Shown piece by piece: positions 53,525-63,074 of a stretch of DNA of 64,000 bases. The translations under genes were made by a program, and so were the position numbers. The notes beneath the pieces were generated by a model that was not told the DNA's origin, made no database searches, and was given only the letters and a program-made list of their open reading frames with translations. The first letter of the stretch is position 1. Each line of letters starts with the position of its first letter. The DNA is from Candidatus Eiseniibacteriota bacterium. GTDB taxonomy: Bacteria > Eisenbacteria > RBG-16-71-46. The stretch spans positions 672,001-736,000 of the forward strand of contig CAVSAC010000010.1 in assembly GCA_963725865.1 (NCBI GenBank), read 5' to 3'.

Positions 53525-55951
53525 ATGATCGAGCGGTCCATCCTTGAGACTGAGCAGCGCGTGGCTCGGCTCGATGCCGAACTGCAGGACGCTCGTAGAA
53601 TTCTCGAGGCAAACAAGGATGAACTGGGACGCGTTCGCGAGGAAGAGGGCAGATCGCACCGCAATGCGCGGGTTGCCGATGCCCCGGTTCAATCGTCCGC
53701 CGCGAAGATCGCGCTGTTCCGCAGCCTGTTCCGGGGTCGCCTCGATGTGTTCCCCAGGCTGTGGAGGAATTCCCGGACGGGGAAGCGCGGCTACGCGCCC
53801 GCGTGCAACAAGGAGTGGGTTCGTGGCATCTGCGAGAAGCCGCGAATCAAGTGCGGAGAATGCCCGAACCAGGCGTTTCTGCCGTTCGGCGATCAGGTCA
53901 TCCTCGATCACCTTCGGGGCCGCCACGTGGTCGGCGTGTACCCACTGCTGACGGACGAGACGTGTTGGTTGCTGGCAATCGATCTCGACAAGGCCTCGTG
54001 GATGGAGGATGTCGCCGCCCTACGCGAAACGTGCCGGGATATCGGAGTCCACCCGGCAGTCGAGCGATCGCGCTCCGGAAACGGCGCGCATGTCTGGTTC
54101 TTCTTCAGCGCGCCCGTCCCGGCGAGCACTGCGCGGAGGATGGCCTGCTACATCGTCACGGAAACGATGGCGCGGCGTCACCAGCTGAGCATGGACTCTT
54201 ACGACCGGCTCTTCCCGAACCAGGACACGATGCCCCGAGGTGGTTTCGGGAACCTAATCGCGCTCCCGTTCCAGCATGAGCCGCGTCAAGCGGGCAACAC
54301 GGTCTTCCTCGATGACCAGGGGTTGCCCCATCCCGATCAATGGGCCTATCTGGCTTCCATACCGAGATTGGCTCCGCAGGATGTTGACCGCATCGTGACC
54401 GAGGCCCAGCGAAGGGGTCTCGTGGTTGGGGTGCGATCGGCCGACTCAGCGGCAGACGATTGGAACGCGGCGCCCTGGGATCGCTCGCCGAGCAGGCTGC
54501 CGCCGCGGCCTCAGATCACCCAACCCCTTCCCAAGAACATCTTGGCCGTGCTCGCACAGCGTCTGTTCGTGGAGAAGGCGGGTCTGCCCTCCCCTCTACT
54601 GAACCAGATCAAACGCCTGGCCGCGTTCCAGAATCCGGAGTTCTTCAAGCGCCAGAATCTCCGTCTGTCGACGGCCCTGACGCCGCGCGTGATCTCGTGT
54701 GCAGAGGAGCTTGGCGATCACGTGGCGCTGCCCCGGGGCTGTCTGGTAGATCTCGGCAATCTGCTCCGGGAGTACGGCATCGAGTTGACAATCGAGGACA
54801 AGCGGGAAGCCGGAACCGCGCTCGAGGCCACTTTCCAAGGGACATTGACGCCAGCGCAGAAGCAGGCCGCACAGGCCCTGTTCCGACACGACGCCGGAGT
54901 TCTGGTCGCCCCGCCGGGCACCGGTAAGACCGTCGTCGGGATCTACCTTGCGGCCCGGCGCGCCCGCAGCACGCTGATCCTCGTCCATCGTCGTCCGCTC
55001 CTCGAACAATGGATCGCTCAGCTCGCCATCTTCCTGGGCGTTTCACCCGCCGAAATCGGCTGGATCGGCGCCGGCAAGAACAAATCCAACGGCAGGCTTG
55101 ACGTGGCCATGCTCCAGAGTCTGGTGCGAGGGGATCGGGTCGAGGACCTCGTTGCCGGCTACGGCCACGTGATCGTGGACGAGTGCCATCACGTTCCGGC
55201 CGTCTCGTTCGAGCGGGTCATGCGCGAAGTGAAGGCACGGTTCGTCACCGGACTTACCGCGACTCCGCAGCGCCGCGACGGACACCATCCCATCCTCGAG
55301 ATGCAGATTGGACCGATCCGTCACATCGTCGACTCTCGCAATCGTGCCGCGAGATCCTTTTCGCGCGAGCTCTTGGTGCGCGAGACAGGCTTCAGTCTGC
55401 CTCCGACCCCGACATCGCCGACGATTCAGGACGTATACCGCTGGCTCGCCGCTGATTCCAGGCGCAACTCGCTCATCGTTGACGACATCATCGGTGCGAT
55501 CGAGGCTGGCCGCTCACCGATCGTTCTGACGGAGCGCAGGGATCACCTCGAGTTCTTCTCCCTGGAACTTTCCAAGGCGGTGAAGAACGTCATCGTCCTG
55601 CAGGGCGGAATGACCGAGAAGACCCGCCGCGAGGTGTCAGAACGACTGGAGGCCACCCCGCGTGATGAAGAGCGGGTGATCGTGGCCACGGGCCGGTTCG
55701 CCGGCGAGGGATTCGACGACCCGCGGCTGGATACGCTCTTCCTCGCCCTCCCGGTCTCGTGGAAGGGCACCCTGATTCAGTACGCAGGTCGCCTCCATCG
55801 CCACCTTCCGGAGAAGACCGAAGTGCGGATCTACGACTACGTCGACGCCGGCGTCCCGCTACTGGACGCAATGTTCCGGAAACGGCTCAGGGGGTATCGC
55901 GCCATGGGCTATTCTGTCGACCCGCGGGCGAAGGGCGCGGCAGAGCAATAG
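53525..55951 (+). CDS. AEP-type (TOTE-like) primase domain fused to SF2 DExH helicase
   Basis: FRSLFRGRLDV, Cys cluster C..C..CGEC, LAIDLD, ERSRSGNGAHVW, GNLIALP; APPGTGKT, DECHH, GLTATP, QYAGRLHR; alternative TTG start at 53498. Confidence 0.85.
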   Translation: MIERSILETEQRVARLDAELQDARRILEANKDELGRVREEEGRSHRNARVADAPVQSSAAKIALFRSLFRGRLDVFPRLWRNSRTGKRGYAPACNKEWVRGICEKPRIKCGECPNQAFLPFGDQVILDHLRGRHVVGVYPLLTDETCWLLAIDLDKASWMEDVAALRETCRDIGVHPAVERSRSGNGAHVWFFFSAPVPASTARRMACYIVTETMARRHQLSMDSYDRLFPNQDTMPRGGFGNLIALPFQHEPRQAGNTVFLDDQGLPHPDQWAYLASIPRLAPQDVDRIVTEAQRRGLVVGVRSADSAADDWNAAPWDRSPSRLPPRPQITQPLPKNILAVLAQRLFVEKAGLPSPLLNQIKRLAAFQNPEFFKRQNLRLSTALTPRVISCAEELGDHVALPRGCLVDLGNLLREYGIELTIEDKREAGTALEATFQGTLTPAQKQAAQALFRHDAGVLVAPPGTGKTVVGIYLAARRARSTLILVHRRPLLEQWIAQLAIFLGVSPAEIGWIGAGKNKSNGRLDVAMLQSLVRGDRVEDLVAGYGHVIVDECHHVPAVSFERVMREVKARFVTGLTATPQRRDGHHPILEMQIGPIRHIVDSRNRAARSFSRELLVRETGFSLPPTPTSPTIQDVYRWLAADSRRNSLIVDDIIGAIEAGRSPIVLTERRDHLEFFSLELSKAVKNVIVLQGGMTEKTRREVSERLEATPRDEERVIVATGRFAGEGFDDPRLDTLFLALPVSWKGTLIQYAGRLHRHLPEKTEVRIYDYVDAGVPLLDAMFRKRLRGYRAMGYSVDPRAKGAAEQ

Positions 55952-56007
55952 GTAACAGGTGAAAGGGCCCCTCGGGCCGACGTCCATCAAGAGCGGCTGC
56001 TGCCCAT

Positions 56008-56415
56008 CTACCTCCTGGCTCGGGCGCCAGCAGTAGCGGCCCGCGGGTGGTCGTCCACCACGCGAAGATGCCCCATGCGGCGCGAATGTGGCGGCCGCGG
56101 CACAATCACGATCTGGACATCCTGACCAAGCGCGTTCAGGAAACGAAAGAGCCGGTCGGAAGAGAAGCCGCGAAGCCGCCCGCGCACCAGATCCGAGATA
56201 CTCGGCTGGTCAATGCTGAGGATTTCGGCTGCCTTCGCTTGTGTCAGCCCTCGCTTCTCGATGATCACCGCGATCCGGGCAGCAATCTCGGACTTGACGA
56301 GCAACTCAGCGCTCTGCGCAAGGCCGATGTCCTCGAAGACATTCCCGCTGCTCTGCTCGACGGGGATCTCGGTCCTGACCACTCGCCTATTCGCCCGACT
56401 TGCTCCAGCTCGCAT
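56008..56415 (-). CDS. HigA-like XRE HTH antitoxin
   Basis: SSGNVFEDIGL, LTQAKAAEILSIDQPSISDL, FSSDRLFRFLNALG; alternative GTG start at 56382. Confidence 0.88.
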   Translation of the reverse strand: MRAGASRANRRVVRTEIPVEQSSGNVFEDIGLAQSAELLVKSEIAARIAVIIEKRGLTQAKAAEILSIDQPSISDLVRGRLRGFSSDRLFRFLNALGQDVQIVIVPRPPHSRRMGHLRVVDDHPRAATAGARARR

Positions 56416-56797
56416 GATCCTGCTCGGCTCGTCTGAGCCGCTCCTTGATGAGATCCAGGTCCTTCTGGGGTGTCTTGATGCCTCGCTTCGACTTCTTCTG
56501 AAAGGCGTGAAGCACGTAGATCGCGTCGGCGAACTTCACGGTGTAAACGGCCCGGTAGGTGTCGCTGTCGAAGTCTTCGACGAGTTCGAGTACGCCCGCT
56601 CCACCGAAGCCCCTGAGCGGCTTCGCGTCCTCGTGCTTCCCTCCCAGTTGAGCGATGAAGAGCGCTTGACCGATGACGTCCTTGACCGGCTCGGGAAACT
56701 CCCTCAAGTCCTTCCTCGAAGATCCCACCCAGAAGAGCGGCCTGACTGGCTGCTTCCCGGCTATTATGGCTCTTTGACCATATCGGCGCAAGGGCAT
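56387..56797 (-). CDS. RelE/HigB (Gp49-like) toxin
   Basis: WVGSSRKDL, AKPLRGFGGAGVLEL, YRAVYTV, YVLHAFQKKS; start uncertain. Confidence 0.88.
   Translation of the reverse strand: MPLRRYGQRAIIAGKQPVRPLFWVGSSRKDLREFPEPVKDVIGQALFIAQLGGKHEDAKPLRGFGGAGVLELVEDFDSDTYRAVYTVKFADAIYVLHAFQKKSKRGIKTPQKDLDLIKERLRRAEQDHASWSKSGE
56763..56791 (-). promoter_or_regulatory. TA promoter with overlapping operator palindrome
   Basis: TTGCGC-17 bp-CATAAT; inverted repeat TATGG-N8-CCATA at 56765-56782. Confidence 0.6.
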
Positions 56798-57118
56798 CCT
56801 TCCTTTAGGCAGATGCGGGCGGGCGCGAACGCTTGACCCATGCCAAGCATAGGCACATTGGCACGCCGACAGCATCTCTCGGCCAGCCTTTTCGAACGCG
56901 CATTGTGCGCGCCCGGGCGACTGCGGCAAGGGCTCAAACGACCTCGCCCTCGCCTGCTACAACTTGCTACGGTCTCAACTTCCTCAAGAGTCCTCTCGTG
57001 TCCTCTCCTGTCCCCTCAAAGGACATCGCCCCAGCGGGGCTAACCCGTTAGGGCGATTGGCTATCGGTTTGGGGCGATATCGCTTGCGTGCTCGGCGTTG
57101 AGAAATATGGCGCGAGAA

Positions 57119-57155
57119 TTTGCAGACCCTCGCCTTACCACTTGGCTATGCCGCC
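57119..57155 (-). repeat. Truncated 5' half of tRNA-Cys (att site)
   Basis: GGCGGCATAGCCAAGTGGTAAGGCGAGGGTCTGCAAA, identical to nt 1-37 of the tRNA and ending at the end of the anticodon loop. Confidence 0.93.
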
Positions 57156-57179
57156 TCGCGGGGTGATGCGCGGGCGAGG

Positions 57180-57209
57180 AAGATAGCAGCGCGGGCGCAA
57201 GCGCAGCAA
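57180..57209 (-). promoter_or_regulatory. Probable native tRNA-Cys promoter
   Basis: TTGCTG-18 bp-TATCTT with extended -10 TG, 25 bp upstream of the tRNA fragment. Confidence 0.5.
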
Positions 57210-57314
57210 CCCGCTCCCATCGACTCGCTGCGGGCCGACTCTCGGCTAGACTGCGCGCGAACGCCGTCGCGCCGCGGGGCGGCCAGAACTGCGATCGCCT
57301 CCGAGGATGGCCCC

Positions 57315-58139
57315 GTGACCGACCTGAATCCCCATCGCAAGCAGATGGCCGACGAGTCCATGGTGCGCACGCTCGCCGCGCAGGCGCGCGCGATCTGGCC
57401 GCAGGAGGTGCCGCTTCTGCGCCACTACGGACTCGGCGACGACATCCGAATCCTCGACGCAGGTTGTGGCACCGGCGAGGTGGCCTCGCGGCTCGCCGAG
57501 CTGTTCCCGCGATCGCGGGTGCTGGGCGTCGACGTTCTCGACCACCACCTCGCGCTCGCACGCGAGCGCTACGCCTCGCTCGCGCCCCGACTCGCGTTCG
57601 AACACCAGAGCATCTTCGAGCTGGCGGCAGCCGACGCGACGTACGACCTCACGGTGTGCCGCCACGTGGTCCATTCGGTGCCCCACGCGGAGCGCGTGTT
57701 CGCCGAGCTGCAGCGCGTGACGCGGCCCGGCGGCTGGCTGCACGTGATCGCGGAGGACTACGGCATGCTCCACTTCCCCGCCGGCGACCGGGACCCGCGC
57801 GAGTTCTGGCACGAGGTGCCGGCCGGCTTCGGGGAGCAGACCGGCACGGACCTGTTCGTGGGGCGCCATGCCTACGGGCACTTCGTGGCGCTCGGGCTCA
57901 CCGACATCACGGTGGACTACGTGATCGTGGACACGGTGCGGGTGCCGCGCGAGACGTTCGCGAGCATCCTCGAGGCGTGGCGCGACGGCTACGTCGCGCC
58001 GATCGCCGAGACCACCCGCTTCACGCACGCGGAGGCCGCGGCCTACTTCGAGCGGATGATCGCAGACGTCCGCGATCCGCGGCGTTACGCGGTGTGGATG
58101 GTGCCGGTGATCGCGGGACGCGTGCCGCAGGCCGGCTGA
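57315..58139 (+). CDS. Class I SAM-dependent methyltransferase
   Basis: GAGGA RBS with GTG start; ILDAGCGTGE, YDLTVCRHV, VTRPGGW. Confidence 0.9.
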   Translation: MTDLNPHRKQMADESMVRTLAAQARAIWPQEVPLLRHYGLGDDIRILDAGCGTGEVASRLAELFPRSRVLGVDVLDHHLALARERYASLAPRLAFEHQSIFELAAADATYDLTVCRHVVHSVPHAERVFAELQRVTRPGGWLHVIAEDYGMLHFPAGDRDPREFWHEVPAGFGEQTGTDLFVGRHAYGHFVALGLTDITVDYVIVDTVRVPRETFASILEAWRDGYVAPIAETTRFTHAEAAAYFERMIADVRDPRRYAVWMVPVIAGRVPQAG

Positions 58140-58284
58140 GGCGCCCGCGCGCCCGCGCCGCGCCGGCCGCGGCACTCCCCGGCCGCACGGGCATGATCGG
58201 CCGGTTCGCCCGCGGCGCGCCGTCGACCGAGATCTGCGCGAAGTAGACCCCGCCGTGCTCCGGGGGCGCACCCGATGGCCGCCG

Positions 58285-61200
58285 CTACTGCGCCAACACC
58301 AGCCGCCGCGTCTCCCGTCGATCGGGCGTGTCCAGGCGCAGGAAGTAGAGCCCCGCGGGCGCGTGCCGGCCGGAGTCGTCGGCGCCACGCCACTCGAACG
58401 GGTATTCACCCGCCTCGAGCACACCGTTCTGCAGCATGGCCACCCGGCGACCGGCGATATCGCTCACTGTCAGTCGCACCGATTGGACGTGGGAGACCGC
58501 CAGCGTGAACCGCACCGTGCCGGTCGCGGGATTCGGGAACGGCGCGCGGCTGAACCCGGTCACCCGATGGACGATGGGCGGCGCCGGATCGAGCGGCGGC
58601 ACGTCCAGCACCCGGCCTTGCGTCACCTCGAGCACCCACACGTCGCCGAGCCGGCCGGCGGCGCCGAGGCCGCCGAAGACCACCATGCGCGCACCCGCCT
58701 GGACGGCGGTGTGACGCGAACGAGCCGCCGGCGGACCGCTGGTGGCGACGGGACGGCCCAGCTCGGCGAGCCGGCCAGGCCGTTCGCGCCCGCCACGGTG
58801 GCGATCGCCGCGCTCGGCGTGCCGGCGATCTCACCGCCGTAGACGATCAGATCGTTCGTCGTCGCGCGATACGCGGCGCTCGAGGCGCGCGTCGCGAGTG
58901 GAGTGCCGCTGGTGGTCGGCTGCGACCACACGGGCGTGCCGACGAGTCCGTTCGCGTGCGAGAGCGTCCACAGGTCACCGGTCGGATCCGCGCACGGTGC
59001 CGCTCCGCCCATCAGGATCATCACGTTGTTCGTGGCGTCGTACGCGGCGCGCTGACCCATCCTGGCGGACGGCGGCGTGCCACTGGGGGCCAGCGCGGAC
59101 CACGCCGCGGTCGCGACGTTGTCGGCGTTCAGCATCACCCACGCGTCGTTCGCCGCACTGCCGCAGGTTCCCGGCGCGGCGCTGCCGCCGAACACGGTCA
59201 TCCGGTGAGTGGCCGGGTCGTACACCGCGCTGGCGCCGCTGCGAGCGCCCGGACCGGCGCCGGGCGACAGCACGCTCCACGCGGGCGTGCCCCCGAGACC
59301 GTTGGCGTTCGACAGCACCCACGCGTCGCCCAGCGCGTTGGCGGGCGCGGCGCCGTCATCGCCGCCGAAGACGATCATGCGGTTGCTCGCCGGGTCGTAG
59401 ACCGCGGTGTGGTTCTGACGGGCGGCGGGCGACGTCCCGGTCGGACTGAGCTGCGTCCACGCCGGCGAGCCGCCCTGACCATCGGCGTGGGTCAGCACCC
59501 AGACGTCCGCCAGCATCCCGGCGTTGCCGCGGCCGCCGAACACGATCATGCGGTCGTTGGTCTCGTCGAGCACCGCGGTGTGACCGTCGCGGTCCATCGC
59601 AACGGGCATCGACGGCAGCAGGTGCACCCACGTCATCGACACCGCGACCAGCGACACGCCGGTCGCGCTGTAGCGCGGCTCGAGCGAGATGCCGTTCCCG
59701 AGGTCGAGGCCGGTGAAGTGGAGCAGGCCCGAGACCGAGCCGCCGGTGACCACCTGGAAGCTCTGGCCGACCGCCGGAACGAAACCGTTCGATCAGCGCC
59801 ACCGCCACCGTGCCGTCGAGCGTGACCGCGCCGGTCACCGCGAGCTGGTCGTAGCCCGTGCCCGGCAGTCCGCCGCCGATCTCGATCGCGACCGAGCTGG
59901 TCGGGCTCATCGGGCAGGGCCCGGTCACGTGGAAGACGCCCGGCGAGGCGCCGGGAGCGATCGCGCCCTGGTCGCTGAACGTCACCGCGACGGGATGACG
60001 AGCGTCCCGGCGCCCGCGAGCGTTCCGGTCGGTGCAGTTCGTGAACGCGCCGGCGCTGGGCGTGAGCGAGCGGGTCGCGGCGATCGTGATGGTGCCGGAG
60101 TTGGTGAAGCTCGGCGTGGTGCCCGACTGCGTCACGGCCAGATCGCCGCCGGTGACGTTGATCGAGCCGCTGTTGGTGTGCTGTGCCGAGGCCTTCGCGA
60201 GCGTGGACGCCAGTCCGATGTCCAGCGTGCCCTGGTTGTCGAGCACCAGCCCCAGCGTGCGCGTTCCGCCGCCCGCTCCCGCCAGCGTCGCGATCGAGCG
60301 ACCCGGCGCGTTCGTCAGCGTGCCGGCCGTGACGTTCAGCGTCGCCCCCCAGCTGATCGTCGTGTTGGTCAGCTCGATGGTCCCGTTGTTCGTGAACCCG
60401 TTCGCCACCGTCAGCGTGGCGGTGCCGTTCGAACCATTCCCCGATATCCGCAGCGTGGAGCCCGCGGCGATGGTCAGCGCTCCGTTCTGGTTGCTGGTGC
60501 CGAGCCACACCAGCGTGCCGTTGTTGGTCAGCGACGCGTTCACCGTGCACGCCGAGAGCGAAGGAATGGCGCCGACGCTCACGGTCAGCGCGCCGGGGCC
60601 ATTGATCGTGCAATTCGTGGCGCTGAACCCCAGCGTCGAGAGGGTGAGCGGGACGCCCAGATTCACCGTCGCGTTGCTGGTGGTCCACGCCCCGCCGCCG
60701 GTGATCGTTCCGGCATTCAGGTTGAAGGTCCCATTCGTGACGATGAGCGTGCGCGAGGCCGGCACCGTGACGCTCCCGGTGGTGGTGAAGCTCGGCAGGG
60801 TTCCGCTCTGCGTGATCGTCAGGTCGCCGCCGCTCAGCGTGATCGAGCCGCTGTGGCTGTGCTGCGCCGAGGGCTTCGCGAGCGTGGTCGCCACCCCGAT
60901 GTCCAGCGTGCCCTGGTTGTCGAGCGTCAGCCCCAGCGTGCGCGCCCCCCCGCCCGCTCCCGCCAGCGTCGCGATCGAGCGCCCCGGCGCGTTCGTCAGC
61001 GTGCCGGCCGTGACGTTCAGCGTCGCCCCCCAGCTGAGCGTCGTGTTGGTCAGCTCGATGGTCCCGTTGTTGGTGAAGCCGTTCGCCACCGTCAGCGTGG
61101 CGGTGCCGTTCGAACCATTCCCCGATATCCGCAGCGTGGAGCCCGCGCCGGTGGTCAGCGCGCCGTTCTGGTTGCTGGTGCCGAGCCACACCAGCGTGCC

Positions 61201-62949
61201 GTTGTTGGTCAGCGGCGCATTCACGGTGGTGGCCGCGAACGTCTGCGACTGACCGGCGTCCACCGTCAGCAGCCCGGGGCCGTTGAGGGTCGAGGCCGAG
61301 GGCGTGAACAGGAGCGACGTCAGCGTGAACGGCACCGCGAAGTTCACGGTCACGTTGCTGGTGGTCCACGCCCCGCCGCCGGTGATCGTCCCGGCATTCA
61401 GGTTGAAGGTCCCATTCGTGACGGTGAGCGTGCGCGAGGCCGGCACCGTGATGCTCCCGGTGGTGGTGAAGCTCGGCGTGGTTCCGCTCTGGGTGATCGC
61501 CAGGTCGCCGCCCGTGAGGTTGATCGAGCCGCTGCTGGTGTGCACCGCCGAGGGCTTCGCGAGCGTGGTCGCCACCCCGATGTCCAGCGTGCCCTGGTTG
61601 TCGAGCGTCAGCCCCAGCGTGCGCGCCCCCCCGCCCGCTCCCGCCAGCGTCGCGATCGAGCGCCCCGGCGCGTTCGTCAGCGTGCCGGCCGTGACGTTCA
61701 GCGCCACCCCCCAGCTGAGCGTCGTGTTGGTCAGCTCGATGGTCCCGTTGTTGGTGAAGCCGTTCGCCACCGTCAGCGTGGCGGTGCCGTTCGAACCATT
61801 CCCCGATATCCGCAGCGTGGAGCCCGCGCCGGTGGTCAGCGCGCCGTTCTGGTTGCTGGTGCCGAGCCACACCAGCGTGCCGTTGTTGGTCAGCGGCGCA
61901 TTCACCGTGGTGGCCGCGAACGCCTGCGACTGACCGGCGTCCACCGTCAGCAGCCCGGGGCCGTTGAGGGTCGAGGCCGAGGGCGTGAACAGGAGCGACG
62001 TCAGCGTGAACGGCACCGCGAAGTTCACGGTCACGTTGCTGGTGGTCCACGCCCCGCCGCCGGTGATCGTCCCGGCATTCAGGTTGAAGGTCCCATTCGT
62101 GACGGTGAGCGTGCGCGAGGCCGGCACCGTGATGCTCCCGGTGGTGGTGAAGCTCGGCGTGGTTCCGCTCTGGGTGATCGCCAGGTCGCCGCCCGTGAGG
62201 TTGATCGAGCCGCTGCTGGTGTGCACCGCCGAGGGCTTCGCGAGCGTGGTCGCCACCCCGATGTCCAGCGTGCCCTGGTTGTCGAGCGTCAGCCCCAGCG
62301 TGCGCGCCCCCCCGCCCGCTCCCGCCAGCGTCGCGATCGAGCGCCCCGGCGCGTTCGTCAGCGTGCCGGCCGTGACGTTCAGCGCCACCCCCCAGCTGGC
62401 CACCGTGTTGGTCAGCTCGATGGTCCCGTTGTTCGTGAACCCGTTCGCCACCGTCAGTGTGGCGGTGCCGTTCGTACCGTTTCCGGACACCCGGATCAGC
62501 GACGTGGCGGCGGTCGTCAGTGGGTTCGAGACGGTGGAGCTCCCCAGCGCCGTGAGGCTGCCCGCCATCGCCAGCGAGCCGGCTCCGGCAAGAGTGGCGC
62601 CCGCCAGGCGCAGCGCGCCATTCGCGCCGACCGAGGAGGCCGCGGCGAGCGTGAGCGTGTGATTCCCGAAATCGAGCGTCTGGGTCCCCGATGCCCCGCC
62701 GAGTGCCAGCGAGTTGACCGACGGGTTCACATCGAGCGTCACCGTGTACGTGCCGGCGAGCGCGATCACTGCGTCGTCGGCGGCACCCGGCACCTGCGCG
62801 GGGGACCAGTTGGCCGCGGTGTTCCAGTTGCCGCCGGCGGCGTTGTTCCAGGTGATCGTGGCCGCGCCGGCGACGGACGCCACGCCGAACGACAACACGA
62901 TGAGGGCGGCCAGGGCGAAGGGCGAGAACGAGGGCGGGAAGACGCGCAT
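58285..62949 (-). pseudogene. Large secreted repeat protein (beta-helix-like repeats, Kelch propeller, FlgD/T9SS-like tail) with four apparent single-base indels
   Basis: Signal peptide at 62949; Gly/Thr/Asn repeats; HTAV..RMIVFGG Kelch motifs; PFPNP..DIAGRRV..GLYFLRL tail; frame changes near 60040, 59988, 59790, 58744 (may be assembly errors). Confidence 0.8.
60070..62520 (-). repeat. Intragenic tandem repeat, 681-bp (227-aa) unit, about 3.5 copies
   Basis: GTCAGCTCGATGG anchor recurs at 60368, 61049, 61730, 62411; central copies nearly identical in DNA. Confidence 0.93.
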
Positions 62950-63074
62950 GAGAGGTGCTCCGTGGCAGGGGTCCGCCGCGGCGAACTCGGGCGAGCTCGG
63001 GCCGCTATGGAGGGATAGACGCTCGAACGGCCCAGAAATCACACGCGGCTCGCGGTCGGGGATCGGCCCGGCGC

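Larger units (their letters stand above)
53233..57155. mobile_element. Integrase-less genomic island bounded by a duplication of the tRNA-Cys 5' half
   Basis: Identical 37-bp direct repeats at 53233-53269 and 57119-57155; visibly lower GC; primase-helicase and TA cargo. Confidence 0.85.
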
